In this document: positions 34,072 through 47,352 of the stretch, piece by piece
How the letters are laid out: each line of letters starts with the position of its first letter
Position numbering within the stretch: position 1 is the first letter of the stretch
Source of the DNA: Epithemia pelagica
Taxonomy: Eukaryota; Protista; Bacillariophyta
Length of the DNA stretch: 64,000 bases
Assembly: GCA_946965045.2 (NCBI GenBank)
Contig: OX337232.1
Coordinates: forward strand, 2,666,001 to 2,730,000
Direction of reading: 5' to 3'
Notes under the pieces: generated by a model
The model's database searches: none
What the model saw: the letters and a program-made list of their open reading frames with translations, nothing else
What the model was told of the DNA's origin: nothing
Position numbers and translations under genes: made by a program

Positions 34072-34411
34072 GATGAGCAACTTTGTGGATTGGTTCTATC
34101 GGTCCTTGCTAGAAAAGTGAACCGTTGCGTTTCAGAAGTTGCGTTGGAATACGAATCATATGTCTTTCTACACAGGGGTATGGCTTGCCCATGTTGACGG
34201 ACTACCTAGGTGACGTTCATGCGGGAATTTATTGGCAATAGTGCACGTGCCAAAGCAAGAGCAATTTTTCATGCCACCATAGAGGCATCATGAACTTTTC
34301 ATTTCATGGATTGATTATGCATTGTGCATAAGCATGCTAGACATTGGCCTTTTATGTTGTAGGAGTGATGCAAAACATTCGAGCTGGATCAAAGTTTGGG
34401 TCCATTGGGAC

Positions 34412-35211
34412 TCAAGAATCGCGTCGATCCGCCACTGTCACTTTCCTCAACACGAGACAGGCGGCAAAGCCAATTTCTGTGATCAATACAGGGATCATGA
34501 GAATCCCCGTTGCCTCACCATTGTATCCTGATTTTGTAAAGAAGAGAAGACTGTCCAAAGTATACGACAGTCCAGATATGCAGAGAAGGTAACCGATCCA
34601 TTTTGGAAACACTCCCCACACAACAATCACGTGTCCATGTAGACCCATGGATATACCAAAGAATATCAATGCCAACAAGTAACCATACTTGTGAATCACT
34701 AGAAAAACAAAGGCCAGTGATTCCCTCGTCTCTCTAGAATTGTCTTGAAACAAGGCGGAAATGACGTTGGCCACAGGCAAGCTTTCATCCAAGAGAATGG
34801 AGGCAGCAAACATGTGCATCAGATTAGTGGCCAGAACGGCTTGTTGCATGAGACGAAATGCCATGGAAGTGACGGACAAGGTAGCACTGGCACCACTGAC
34901 AACGAGAATGGCTCCAAGGAGAATGGATATGATGACATCACAACTCGACATTGTCATGTCCAAGACCAGGGCCCACCGAAGCGTGGAAGGATGATTCTGA
35001 ATGTTCTCCACTGTATTTGCAACGTTTTCAAAATCCAACAGACTCCCTCGTAGACCGACTTCTGCCACCATTCCGCAAAGGATGAGGACAAGATCAAGGA
35101 CCAACGCTGAGTCTTGTCAAGATCCGAACGAGTGTGACTCGTCCCAGAGGCGCCGCCGCCGCCTTCCACCCGTGACAGTGAGCCATAGGCAGCATTGCGA
35201 TTGGTATCCAT
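34412..35211 (-). CDS. DUF4386-like multi-pass membrane protein, possible frameshift near 35105
   Basis: Several hydrophobic helices; LVLILCGMVAEVGLRGSL and FPKWIGYLLCISGLSYTLDS resemble bacterial DUF4386. The upstream ATG (35211) is in another frame. Confidence 0.6.
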
Positions 35212-35428
35212 GGTGTCTGTTTGGAAATCAATGTTGGCAGGAAGAGGGATGCGTCACAGCGGAGATCGCAACCCTTCTTTCTTGTCTGAATCCAATGATC
35301 CCGTTAACTGCGACTGAGAAAGATCCGGGTTTGCACGAATCTTCAGCTGTTTGGATTTTTGTGTAGATTTTTTCTTTCACGACGGCATCTTTTTTTATAT
35401 GAAAGACGGAAAGGACATTGCAACGACC

Positions 35429-36286
35429 ATGAAGTACGCAGTAACTCTAGCTTCGGGGCAGCTGGGAGGTACCATCATCAAAAAGTTGACTTCGCAGGTA
35501 GGAGCAGAGAATGTGATTGGCATTGCTCGAACACCGGCCAAAGCGGCTCATTTAGGCGTCGAGATCCGCAAGGGAGACTACAATGTCAAAGCCGACTTTG
35601 ATAGTGCCCTCAAAGGCGTTGATCGACTGTTAATCGTCTCCAATACGGGCGATCCAGAAGTTCGCAAAGAGCAACATCGAAACATTGTCCAAGCCGCCGA
35701 GGAAGCTTGTGTATCCAAAATTGTCTATGTAAGCATTGTGGGTGAAACGGCCGATACCAGCTTTGCTCCCATTGTCGCTAGCAATCGCGTCACGGAAAAC
35801 GATGTGCAAACCTCAGGACTCGTGTGGGCGATTGGGCGAAACGGAATTTACATTGAACCAGACCTGGAATATGTGGACGAATATGTCAAGCGCGGTTCCA
35901 TTTTCAACTGTGCGGGAGACGGCAAATGTGCCTACATATGTCGCTCGGAATTGGCCGATGCCTACGCATGTTTGCTCATCCAAGACAAGGATAGCCTCAT
36001 GGGAAAGATTCACAACTTGACGGGGTCATCCATTAGTCAATCGGAACTGGTAGATGCCATCAACAAGGGATTTTCCAAAGAGTTGGTCTTTCAACGCATG
36101 ACAGTCGACGAGTACTTGGCGGACCGCAAGGGAGCTTTGGGGGAATTTATCGGAACTGTCATTACTGGAATTTATGACAGTATGGCACGAGGATGGTTTG
36201 ATGTTCCGTCGGACTTTGAGACTGTGACGGGGAGGCCACACAAGTCGGTCGACCGAATGATAGCCGACTTTCGATCCTCATTGTAG
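35429..36286 (+). CDS. NmrA-like / atypical SDR NAD(P)H-binding oxidoreductase, bacterial-like
   Basis: N-terminal Rossmann motif MKYAVTLASGQLG, then ARTPAKA...RKGDY, QHRNIVQAA and LRNG-like GRNGIY; intronless. Confidence 0.85.
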   Translation: MKYAVTLASGQLGGTIIKKLTSQVGAENVIGIARTPAKAAHLGVEIRKGDYNVKADFDSALKGVDRLLIVSNTGDPEVRKEQHRNIVQAAEEACVSKIVYVSIVGETADTSFAPIVASNRVTENDVQTSGLVWAIGRNGIYIEPDLEYVDEYVKRGSIFNCAGDGKCAYICRSELADAYACLLIQDKDSLMGKIHNLTGSSISQSELVDAINKGFSKELVFQRMTVDEYLADRKGALGEFIGTVITGIYDSMARGWFDVPSDFETVTGRPHKSVDRMIADFRSSL

Positions 36287-36545
36287 CAATGGACTGACCA
36301 TAACACAGCTCTTTTTCGACTTGTCAAACGCTATATTATCAGGTGCAGTCATGTAACTGAACTAGTTATTGATCCGTTCCTCTAGTGCTTTTGCCTTTCA
36401 CACAGGGAGAGTCTATGGAAGGGTGAAGATATGCAAACTGTAAAAATGGTCCTTTTCTCATGGAATGATGATAAGGACTTTCTCCTTTATAAGAAACGAA
36501 AGAAATTCTAAGAGCTACTCCTAAGTGAATAGCCAAGCAGAATAG

Positions 36546-37061
36546 CTATCTTACAGCCACTGGATCGTAGTCCTTCGCTTCCTTGACTAGTGAATCGTAC
36601 AAATCTTGTCCCTCGAAATCCTTCTTTGGTGTTCGAATCAAAACCACACTGGTGGGACGTTTGGTGGATGCTGCGGCACCCAAATCCTGTTTGGAAGGTA
36701 CAAATACGTAGGGGATATTCTTCTCTTCCATGAGGACTGGAAGGTGTGAAATGACGTCGAGCGGATAGATGTCACCAGCCAAGATTGCCAGTCCACTTTC
36801 TCCCTTTCGAATACCCTTGACAACCTCTTTGACGCCTCGACGAATGTGTTTGATTCCAGCCGCCTTTTTGACCAGCTTGTGCGCCTTTTTGGTGGACTTT
36901 TTCGATGCCAACGGATGAGCAATCACATTGACCGCCTCGCATCGCTCCTCGTATGTCTTTCCGACAACAGCAGCTTCTTCCGCGTCTCCTGGTGCTGATA
37001 CGGATGACTTTTTCTCTTTCTTGCCGCTTTCCGACGTATCTTTCATGTCAACATCCACCAT
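36546..37061 (-). CDS. NHP2: H/ACA ribonucleoprotein subunit 2 (L7Ae family)
   Basis: IAHPLASKK...IRRGVKEVVKGIRKGE, LAGDIYPLDVISHLPVLMEE and YVFVPSKQDLGAAASTKRPTS match NHP2. Confidence 0.92.
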   Translation of the reverse strand: MVDVDMKDTSESGKKEKKSSVSAPGDAEEAAVVGKTYEERCEAVNVIAHPLASKKSTKKAHKLVKKAAGIKHIRRGVKEVVKGIRKGESGLAILAGDIYPLDVISHLPVLMEEKNIPYVFVPSKQDLGAAASTKRPTSVVLIRTPKKDFEGQDLYDSLVKEAKDYDPVAVR

Positions 37062-37287
37062 AGTTCTTATTGTTCGCCGCTGTTTTCGAGGTTGAGATCT
37101 TTGAGTGGTTGTTACGGAAGATAATACTGACCACAAACATTGCAATCGCTCTTAAGTCGTCATTTGCCGTGAAATAATGGGAAGAAGCATAAAGAATCAC
37201 GAACCAATCCAATATTTGAGTCCTGTGCTCTTTCCGCTTCTCAATTCTCAAAGGTAAACGTCATACAGCTCGTGCCGCCAATACGCC

Positions 37288-38165
37288 ATGAAGGTTGGCG
37301 GGGTTGGCGAACACAATTACGTCAACGAAAACAACTTTCTACTCGTACTTAGAACCATGTCCATGGATCGACCTCCAACAGAAGAAGGTCCCCTTCTTGT
37401 AGAAGCTGAGGCATTTCGACCGAAAACGGTCCTTGCGTACGTTGCTCCTCAAACAAATCCACTTTCCTGGACAATCATCAACTCGGGCCTACTTGTATGG
37501 TCATCGCTTCTGCTCTATCAGATTCTTGCAACGAGCGAAGGCGCTGTCCAGAGACCGAATGGGCAAGAGAAATACATGGCATGGAGTCTTGTGACAACAG
37601 CGATATGGTGTGTCGAGATTGGACTGACCGTCCTCTATCAAGGAAACGCGGCGCTGTCATTCTTGGTTTACACCATTATTGCCATGGAACAATTTTCGGA
37701 TTCGAGGAAGACATTAAAGAAGAGGTGATTGACGTGTCGCTCTCTGCGCTGTCTTATGCATGGGTTTTCTATGCCACTGCGAAAAACTTATGGTCACCGG
37801 AGACCAGTCAGGATTCTGGAGTAGTCTCTATGGCATTGGGGAATCAAACGACAAGAGACAACTCTACTGTGGTCGAGACTCCATATGTGCAAGAAAACTT
37901 CATCGAACCTGAAAATGGAGGAGTAACGACAGGAGACACTGCAACTACGTCTCAAAATGCAGCTGGTGATGCATATGCTTCCAACTCACAACATCCACAA
38001 TCGACTGTCGCACTCGATTCTCATTCACTTCCTTCACAGCAAATAAAGAACGCAGGACAAACGAAGAAAAAAGGAAAATGGAGACTTTTGAACTTTCGAA
38101 GGAATGAGAAGCAAACAGAAGGACGAACAGCGGAGAAAAATTTTGCAGTAGACCATGTGGTCTGA
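37288..38165 (+). CDS. Hypothetical membrane protein split over two frames (frameshift or unrecognised intron)
   Basis: Hydrophobic helices in 37288-37728 continue in another frame (EEDIKEEVIDVSLSALSYAWVFY) to 38165. Confidence 0.4.
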
Positions 38166-39526
38166 TGTAGATTCATTTCTTCCCATGGTTCGGCACAATC
38201 ACGCAGAGGCATGAATAAGATTTCAGATTTCACCAAAAAAGTTTTTTCTTTGGTGAACTTCCAATCGTTCGAATCAAGTCTCATGTCGTATCACACACTC
38301 GACCAAGTGACTTGCGGGCATCCAAAAATTAGTACTAGTCCAGGTGATTGGATCACTTGACCGCGTGTATCGATGTTTCAGCACAAAAGGAGGACCACTG
38401 ACCCACCAGCTTTGGAATAACTAACTAGAGCAAATGTTTGACATGCACCTCTGATGTCTGCGGACGACAGACTTGCTTGTTCCGTCCACTCTAGCATGAT
38501 AAACCAACAGTTGTGGCAGTCATCACCACCGATTTCTTCATCCTAGACTTTATCAAGGACTTGAGAACAAATCGCGTGCCTTTGTTGGACAAGACCCTGG
38601 CATTCCATTGGAAAACTTCTTGCTCCCAGAGAGGGTCAAACTACTGAGGCATAATAGAGGTCCACAACTTGCTCTATCACTTCTTGCGGAGGGCTTGTTG
38701 TCTCTTTATGACATACCGAGAAGCTTGCACACACGATTGGCTCCAAACAGCATTCATCGCACAGGTCTGAACCAATCTCGATTCCTTGCCTTCTAGCCGT
38801 AACCTTCACATTGACATTGTCTTCTAACGAACTAGAGTAGCCCCAACAATGGTTACACGAGCGGTCCTTGTTTCAGGTGAATGGATATGGCCGACTGTCA
38901 AAGTTGGTCCGAGTGATGCGAAGGTTGAAACCGTGACGTTCTTCGCGTCGAGTTTATTTCCTATGGCAAGAAGAAAACCTTCTAAATTTGCACCATCAAG
39001 TTTCATTGCTTTACTATAGCCTAGCTTAGAACGAGCCTGCTCTAACAAATCGCGATGAGACATTAATTCCCCTTCAAATCTCGCCATGAACTCCGTAAGT
39101 ACTTCTACTCCTAACTCCTACTGGTACACAATGATTTTTCTAAGACGACGACGTCCTTATCTTTCGCTTAGAGATGAAGCTAGATCAGATGATGGTAAAA
39201 CAGACAATGAAGTATGGTTGATCTATGTTGCCGATCTTTTTTCCTTCTAACGTGCCTGGGATAGGGTGGTTGTTAGTTGTTAGCAAAAGGAACTTTGTGA
39301 GCACTTGTAGCTCCCCATGCGCGCTGTCACGCGTCCAACCATCCGGGAACCATGACAGGAGATGAGCGAGGTGAACAAGGAGCAGTTCGCGTTCCCGAAT
39401 CCTTTCTCGCCTGCTCAATCTTCTTTCTCAATGGATATGGAGACTTGTGAATAGAGGTGAAGAGATCATAATCACAAAGCGATTCTAGAAAGCAGCATAG
39501 ACATTTCACATGGACGAGGTCAAAAC

Positions 39527-40552
39527 ATGAGTATCCCGGTCATTGATATGCAAAAAGATACGGCGGCGAAGGATCTGGTGAACGCCTTTGAAACCATTGG
39601 ATTCGCCACCTTGATCCATCATGGCGTGGAACAAAAAGTCATGGAGAGCGCCTTCCAGTCCTCAAAGCGATTCTTTGAATTATCAGAGAAGACCAAACTG
39701 GAGTCCAAGTACAAGAGCCATTCGTCCAATCGAGGCTACATACCCTTTCAAGCAGAGTGTCATGTAGGTCTCAATGATATGGACATGGCAGATTTTAAGG
39801 AAACCTTTGATATTGGATGGGACAAAGACGTGTCGCCGGATCTAAAGACTCCCTGGCCGACCAAGGAGTACCCTCAAATGGAAGGAGAACTCATGGATTA
39901 CTTCACTCAGTGCGAGACTTTGCAGCTAAAGGTTTTGCGCCTTTTGGGTGAAGGAATGAATCTGGAAGATCCTGATTTCTTTGTCCAGCGATGCAATGAG
40001 AAACACTGCAACTTGCGTTTGTTACATTATCCTTCCGTGGAATCCTCGCAGTATCGTGATCACATTGTAACAACGGCCGAGAACGACGGGAAGGATCCCC
40101 AATCTGTCCTCGTCCGTGGATTGCGGCACACGGACTATGGCACTATTACATTATTGGCTCAGGACTCGATTGGTGGATTGCGAGTGCAGCCTCGTACAGG
40201 TAACTACGGCGAGAACGACTGGATTCCAGTTCCACCGGTGCCCTACTCTTTTGTCGTCAATGTGGGTGACATGCTCCAAAGATGGACCAATGACCGTCTG
40301 GTAGCCACACCACACCAAGTGGTCCATTACTTCCACGAAAGAGGTGAAGCAGAAGATGATTTCGAGCCCATCCAAGAACGGTTTTCTATCGCCTTCTTTT
40401 GTAATGCAAACAAGTCTGTTAGTGTGGATCCAAACAACTTGTTGGGAGAGGGTGAAGTGGCCAAGTACGAGCCTGTCATTTCGATCGATTACCTGACCAA
40501 ACGACTGGCAGCCACGATCAACACGGAGAACGAGAATCGTGAAGCAAAGTAG
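39527..40552 (+). CDS. 2-oxoglutarate/Fe(II) oxygenase, isopenicillin N synthase family
   Basis: DIOX_N start (IPVIDM), NRGY, LRLLHYP, HxD (RHTDYG), VNVGDMLQRWTND, distal His (TPHQV) and RxS (RFSIAFF). Confidence 0.92.
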   Translation: MSIPVIDMQKDTAAKDLVNAFETIGFATLIHHGVEQKVMESAFQSSKRFFELSEKTKLESKYKSHSSNRGYIPFQAECHVGLNDMDMADFKETFDIGWDKDVSPDLKTPWPTKEYPQMEGELMDYFTQCETLQLKVLRLLGEGMNLEDPDFFVQRCNEKHCNLRLLHYPSVESSQYRDHIVTTAENDGKDPQSVLVRGLRHTDYGTITLLAQDSIGGLRVQPRTGNYGENDWIPVPPVPYSFVVNVGDMLQRWTNDRLVATPHQVVHYFHERGEAEDDFEPIQERFSIAFFCNANKSVSVDPNNLLGEGEVAKYEPVISIDYLTKRLAATINTENENREAK

Positions 40553-40948
40553 AAGCGAGTAAAACCGCAAGACAACCTGAAAGAATCCAACCGGTCATCA
40601 TCAGAGAATCTTGGAACTTTGTCCTTGCTCCAAACATCCGTCTTTGATCTAGTTGAGATAAATGTATAGTGAATGGAATACGTTTAGAGGAAGCTCTTAC
40701 TCCCACTAGCTACTCCTAGTTCCGGATTCCGGTCCGAGTATACCTCTAGCTCTAGAGATTGAACTACCACGTTAAAAGTGGGAATAGGCGGGAATCATAC
40801 TATCGAAAGCAGATTAATCGTCTTTGGGTCGCACTGGGAAACGTCACACTCATCGACAATCTCGAAATGGGCCAACAATGGCGACTACGCACTACGCGCC
40901 GATGATAATGGTCATGTCCACATCCATGTTTATGAAAGAAAACCGAAA

Positions 40949-42437
40949 ATGAGCACCAACTTTGTTTTGTTCGGACTTCTTCTCCTCCATCCTTACTTCC
41001 TGTCAAAGTGCCAGAGCGCTGCTGCATTCACCTCCAGTTGCAGACAGCAAAGACCGTCTGATGGATGGCGAAGACGACGGATCAGAGATCTTCGTCGACG
41101 CTGCATAAATCAAAGTCGATGGCACTATGAGGCTTATGCGAATACATGCACGTCTTTGAGTTCAATGAGCTCATTGGGTAGCACTACAGATGGTATGGGG
41201 TATAAGGTTTCGTCTCCGCCTTGCTCCCCGTCTAGGTGCGCATTCCACCTTCTATCACTTCAATTCACCGAACAACCCCTTGTCTCGTCACCCTCGAGCT
41301 TGCTTTCCTCAAATCGGTATTCGAAGGTAGTCATGGATATGTGGAGGTGGAAGGATGCTGTATTGGGCGATGGACGTGACTTTTTCGTTCCGAGGCCGAA
41401 AAGTCTGCAGAAATTGGCCCTTTTTCTGCAAGATTCGGAAAATCCAAACATTCTGGAGTGTGTTGTTCTATCCAACTGTGCTCGGTTTGAGATTCTCTTG
41501 GTCGTTGAAAATGAAGAAGCGACTACCGATGACAATGTAAACATTGACCTTCTCAACAATCAGCTAGAACTTGAACTATCCCGAAAGCTTGTTTTGCAAC
41601 AGTTCCACTACAAGCTCAATGTAAACCCTGCAACAAAGATGATGGTGTCAACACTTGATTGGCCAGACGCTATTGCTTCACAGCATACCCCGACCTTGAA
41701 ACAGGGTGCAAAACACGATGTGGCCTCGGATGCTGCTGAGTTACAGTCGTACTGGACGCACTTGACAGACGTGAAAGATATAATGGATCATTTGGCTCGT
41801 GTTGCCAGTGGTCTAGCGCTACGTCCTCGCCGCCCAGATCGACCTGTCGAATTCCGACCCTTCTCGTCCCGCGACGCTCATATTTTGCTGCAGCTTAAAC
41901 GAACCGTACAAGCATTTTCCTCAATGTCCCCTTCATCTCCGCAAATACGCTTGGTTCAACTGCTGCAGTTTGCCCTTCAAGCGGGCAAGGCAGCTCGCAA
42001 TCCACAACACGTTCCTCAGTTGCTAGCACTCCAGCCATATGGATCAGGAGATTCACAAAAATATTCTTCCCAGCCTCCTGCACATATTGTCCAAAATGCC
42101 ATTGATGTAAGTCAAGCTGTCGCATCACGAATATGCGTTTGAGATGGATCTAACTTTCCCTGCCAACCAGGCTGTGGTTGAGATGGCTATCGACGCGATT
42201 GTGAAGAACTGTGTGGCAAAGTTGGTGGCAAACGAGCAAGCCAGTACAATATCGCTCTTTCGATCTCAATGCCAGAATTTGGTCACGACGGAAGAAGAAC
42301 GTCAGTGGATGAAAAGAGAGCTCCACCAAACTACCTTGGAGCTTCGTAGAGGCAACCTTGATGGAGTATGCATAGATGAACTAGTCACAAAAGTCCAGCA
42401 AAGACTCCAACAAAGGCGCAGAGAGCAAAAAGGTTAG
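40949..42437 (+). CDS. Glutamyl-tRNA-reductase-like protein, probably plastid-targeted; intron 42107-42170
   Basis: ECVVLSNCARFE resembles the GluTR N-domain STCNRTE. Signal peptide ends in AAA-F. 64-bp GTAAGT...CTAAC...CAG intron joins the two ORFs in frame. Confidence 0.7.
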
Positions 42438-42839
42438 TTTGCTTCTACTGAGAAATTATCGATTCTTGGTAGACATCCAGGTGTATCGTTTTTTCTCCAG
42501 TATCCGTAATTTGTCGATGTCTCGACGTTATGGTATCATGGCTCCCCGTTGAAATACAGCGCCGTCAGTCCGGCAATAGCGAAATAGAACATCTCATTCG
42601 GCAACAACAGATATCTGTCATTGATTTCCTTTAAGAAAAGATACGTTATGAGTTTACTATTGTCTTATATGTATTTATATGTAAGGACATGAAACTAGTC
42701 TTGGATGGTTGATATGCTTTGAAAGTGTGTAGATAGATCATAGTCCTGGACACACCATTCGGACTCTTAGAATGACGGTTCCAGGACTTTGATCTTTCTA
42801 ATACATTGGAGTTGCAATGGAAAACGAAGCACAATGCGG

Positions 42840-44146
42840 TCAATTGATTTTTTCTGAAGGGGCCTTTCCATGGACAGAACTTGTGCATGGACCATCTGAT
42901 GACCTGCGGTTCATCTTCCAGGAAAAGTTGACTTTATTCAAGCGCTCGATTCGCGTTTGGGTCATCAGTGAAGGTTCATTCCCTTCATACTTACGGTACT
43001 GCTCCCGTTGTGTAGATACCCATCTACCCAGCGCGCTGGTGGACCGGTCTGCACGGCGAGTCGGAACGTTGCTGTGCCCATTTTTGTGGAAAAAATCAAC
43101 AAGTTCCTGATAACGCGTGTCCCAAAGAACATCTCCTTTCTGTTTCCCCCAAACGAAGCCAATGTCGTCCAATTCTTTGACTTTTCTTTCATTTAAACTG
43201 GATCGTTGCCCTTTGATATATTTCTTGTATTGTTCCCTCATTTTATTGACCCTTGAATTTCGGTAAGACTCAGCCAAACAACACATGCAATTCATCGTCG
43301 ACTGAAAACGTACCAACTGCCAAGCTTTAGGTAACTCTGTGGTACGTCACAATCTCCGTACACAGCCTTGTACCAATTCAATTCGTTGAGCCTATCATAG
43401 AACCCAGAGAGATCGCGAAACGCCCGTTCAGTTTTGCATCCAGCCTTCAAATCTTCGGGTATTTCAAACCGCTTCGGAGGCTGATTTTCGCCGCTTGGTG
43501 CATCGCCCAAAGAACACCGCGAAGTTCCTAGCTTATCCAAGGCGGACTTGCGACAGGACTGCTCGATCGCCGACCTTTTCGTTGAACGGGTGGCCGGAGC
43601 GTAGCGACAAGGTTTTACCTCGGAACGTTTCTTCCGTGGCGACTGCTTGGTAGAGCTTACTTTCTGTTGTTTCGCCTGGGCAGAAGGACTTACAGAGAGC
43701 TCAACAGCGTCATCTTCAAGGTTGTGGTTGAAATCCTCCAAGAATTCGCCATGGCCTGCATCTTGTGCAAACAACGCGAAGTATTCTTGACCGCTGGATA
43801 TCGTTGTGTCCATGATGGCATATTGAACGGGCTCAGTAGATAAAGGATCGCCCTCGAGCTGTTTGCTTTCATTCTCAAGCCACTTCTCCAACTCGCTATC
43901 AGACAGCGCCAAGTATTCCTGGCGGTCCATCATGATCTCAAAAGGTTCCTCCTCAGTCTTGTTACTGTTCAATGGTGCCATGGTCACGGTTTTTAAGTAT
44001 TCTTGACCGCTGGATATCGTTTTGTCCATGATGGCATATTGAACGGGCTCAGTAGATATAGGATCGCCCTCGAGCTTTTTGCTTTCATTCTCAAGCCACT
44101 CCTCCAACCCGCTATCAGACAGCGCCAAGTATTCTTGACGGACCAT
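42840..44146 (-). CDS. Helicase-associated (HA) domain protein, copy 1; intron 43252-43313
   Basis: Two HA repeats (YGDCDVPQ...LGSWVNKMR...LDDIGFVW and WDTRYQEL...GHSNVP...LGRWVSTQR...LNKVNFSW). The 62-bp GT-AG intron restores W-V. Confidence 0.85.
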
Positions 44147-44200
44147 GATCTCAAAAGTTCCTCCTCAGTCTTGTTACTGTCCAATGGTGCCATGGCCATG
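43779..44200. repeat. 216-bp-period tandem duplication in HA gene copy 1
   Basis: AAGTATTCTTGACCGCTGGATA at 43779 and 43995; the peptide RQEYLALSDS...SSGQEY occurs twice. Confidence 0.88.
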
Positions 44201-46276
44201 GTTTTTGTGCTTACCGCCCCAAGGCCTACTGAGAATATGGGAAGATGCATCCTTTTGCTCGTATCTTTCCAACAAGCAAAGATCCATTGAAAGTGTCGGA
44301 AGAAAGCTTGACAGAATTTGGATATGGCAACCACCATCGGCCAAATGCTTTGCGCAAAAACGATAAAAGTAACCGTAGTTTTCCGTACACCAAAACTAGC
44401 AAAACTTGGTTGGTATAAAATTTCCACACATTCAGATTTTCTGGTAGCCGCACGCTTTTGCGTCGTATCTTCAAACGTGCGTAAATCATAAAATTGGTGT
44501 TGAGATTTTGTCGTTCAGTACTCAGTATCATACGGTATAGAGGCAAGAGCCCTGGTTCCATCCATGCAGAAAGATCACTCAGCTGCAAAAACCAGGTGGT
44601 ACCTTTACAACACCCTGTCCACACGACACTCCTCCGCTTATTCTTCGGTCCTCATGACGGGTTCCATGCCGTGAGGACGCATTCCGCATATTATATTACA
44701 TTACCGGCTCCCGTTGCTCCTTCCAACTTGTGGATCTTCGACTTCTGCCAGGCACCGAATCACACTGAGTTTTGAATTTCGGACTGAGCTTGATTTAGGA
44801 AAAGATGGTAGCTGCAATATCAGATGATGGCGAAAATACCTTCATTTGATCTGGAAAAATGAAAGCTCTGCTTCTCATAAGAGAAATATGAAGAAGCTGC
44901 ATGCGCAGACTGGAGAACCATGGGAGCTTGTAATGGAGCTCCTGTGAAAGCTTGGTGAAAAACGTTCCTGACCAGCGAATGAGAGAGACACGGTTTCGGC
45001 CATCGGCCATGCAACAACAACGACTCAAGGAGTAATGGATACCAAAGGAGAATCTCAACCCACAACGAATGAGTATTCAGCCCTTACTCTGGAACGTGTG
45101 CAACAAGTCAATGACACACACAAGTCCATATAAGGCCTCCGATGATCAAACCTTATCCACACTGGGACTTGAATAAAGGGTGATGGCCAAGGTAAATAGT
45201 TCAACACACTGCTTGATTCACACCTGATGAAAGAGGTTCATTCATCATTTTCCAACGCCGCATCCTCACCTTCCAACCAATTCGAAGCAGAAGCCCATAC
45301 CTCTTTCATCATTCCCAGCAGCTACAGATGACTGATTTCGCAGTTCAAACCACATGGACGAATTTTGAAACAGCTTTCACCCATAGCAATTTTCGTGCGA
45401 TGATGAGCAGAAGCTTTCCTTTCGACAATTTGCCTTCTGATTCTGATCCATCCACAATAAAAGCAAAAGAAGGTCGTTCCGGGCGATCTCAACAAATTCC
45501 GAGTAGGAATGTTATCTGACTTTGCGATCCAACGTTAAGGTGACCGTCTCGATACACTGGAAGCTGTTAGAACGTAGAGGCTGTCCAATTTACTTTGCGC
45601 ATTTGGTCTCACGCTCTCGGTTGCCCTCGTTATCCTCGTCATGGTTGCTACTCAATGTTCGGCGTTAATTTGAAGATCAATACAACCCAGCGAGTACTGA
45701 CTATCGAGTCTTACGTAATCGTGAATGAGAACGATCGTTAGACCAGGCTGCAATCTAACCTTAGGATACCTACCATAGGTAGAACGAGAATTCATGTGAC
45801 TTGATCGACCATGCTACTCCAGAACTCCTAACAGCTTCCTAAGTATTCACTACATTTATCTCCACCAGATCAAAGGCGGACATGTTTGTTTGTTACGAGC
45901 AAGATACTCTGATGGTGACCGGTTCGATTCTTGCAGCCTGTCTCGTAGTTAGCGAATCAAGGCGATATTCGTGTCCCTTCAACATCTTGATTCAGGAATC
46001 CGTATTGATCGTGTCTGCAGAACGAGTATTTGAAAAGGTAGTCAAATGAAATAACAGCCTCTTACTCGGCCTCTTTCAAGAAATTGTTTGCGATTACTAT
46101 GCGAGTTAAGAGTAAAACTATGTGTAACTTTTCAAATGGTAGGAGTAGACATGTTTGGGGGGTGTAGATAGACCATAGTCATGGACACACCATTCGAACT
46201 CTTAGAATGGCGGTTCTCCAGGACTTTGATCTTTCTAATACTTTGCAGTTGCAATGGAGAACGAAGCAAGATGCGG

Positions 46277-47352
46277 TCAATTCCTTCTTCCTGAAGGGGT
46301 CTTTCCACTCACAGAACTCCTGCATGGACGGTCTGATGACCTGCAGTTCATCTTCCAGGAGAACTTGACCTTATTCAAGCGATCGATTCGTGCTTGGGTC
46401 ATCAGTGAAGATGAAGGTTTCTTCGGATCATACCTCCGGTACTGCTCCCGCTGCGTCGATACCCATCTACCCAGAACGCTGGTGGACCGGTCTGCACGGC
46501 GAGTCGGAACGTTGCTGTGCCCATTTTTCTGGAAAAAATGAACAAGCTCCTGATAACGCGTGTCCCAAAGAACATCTCCTTTCTGTTTCCCCCACACGAA
46601 GCCAATCTCGTTTAATTCTGAGATTTTTCTTTCGTTTAAACTGGATCGTTGCCCATTGATATATTTCTTGTATTGTTCCCTCATTTTATTGACCCTTGTG
46701 TTTCGGTAAGACGCAGCCAAACAAAACATGTGATTCATCGTCGACTGAAAACTTACCAACTGCCAAGCTTTGGGTAACTCTGTGGTACGTCACAATCTCC
46801 GTACTCAGCCTTGTATCGATCCAATGCGTTGAGTCTGTCATAGTAGGACGCAAGATCGCGAAACGCCCGTTCAGTTTTGCATCCGGCCTTCAAATCTTCG
46901 GGTATTTCAAACCGCTTTGGAGGCTGAACTTCTTCGCTTGGTGCATCGCCAAAAGAACAGAGCAAATTTCCAAGTTCATCCACGGCAAACATACGATATG
47001 AGTGCTCGATCACCAAGCTTTTCGTTGAACGGGTGGCCGGAGCATAGCGACCAGGCTTGAACACGCAATGTTTTTTCCGAGGCGACTGCTTGGTAGAGCT
47101 TACTTTCTGTAGTTTCGCCTGAGCAGATGGACTAACAGAGATCTCCGATATCTCTGGCAGAACAGCGTCGTCTTCAAGGTTTTCGATCAAATCCTCAAGC
47201 ACTACCACTTGGCCTGTATCTTGTGGAAACAACGCCAAGTATTCTGGACAGTTGGATACCGTTGTGTCCAATATCCTCCCGAAAGGTTCCTCCCCATTCT
47301 TGTTAACATCCAATGGTGCCATGGTGGCGATTCTTCGTGGTTGCAAACCCAA
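46277..47352 (-). CDS. Helicase-associated (HA) domain protein, copy 2; intron 46695-46756
   Basis: Paralog of copy 1 with a 62-bp intron at the same position and two HA repeats; likely start MAPLD at 47322. Confidence 0.85.

Noticed and set aside
38600-39420. Short minus-strand ORFs (e.g. 38824-39087)
   Set aside because: Possibly a degraded gene, but there is no identifiable domain or splice structure.
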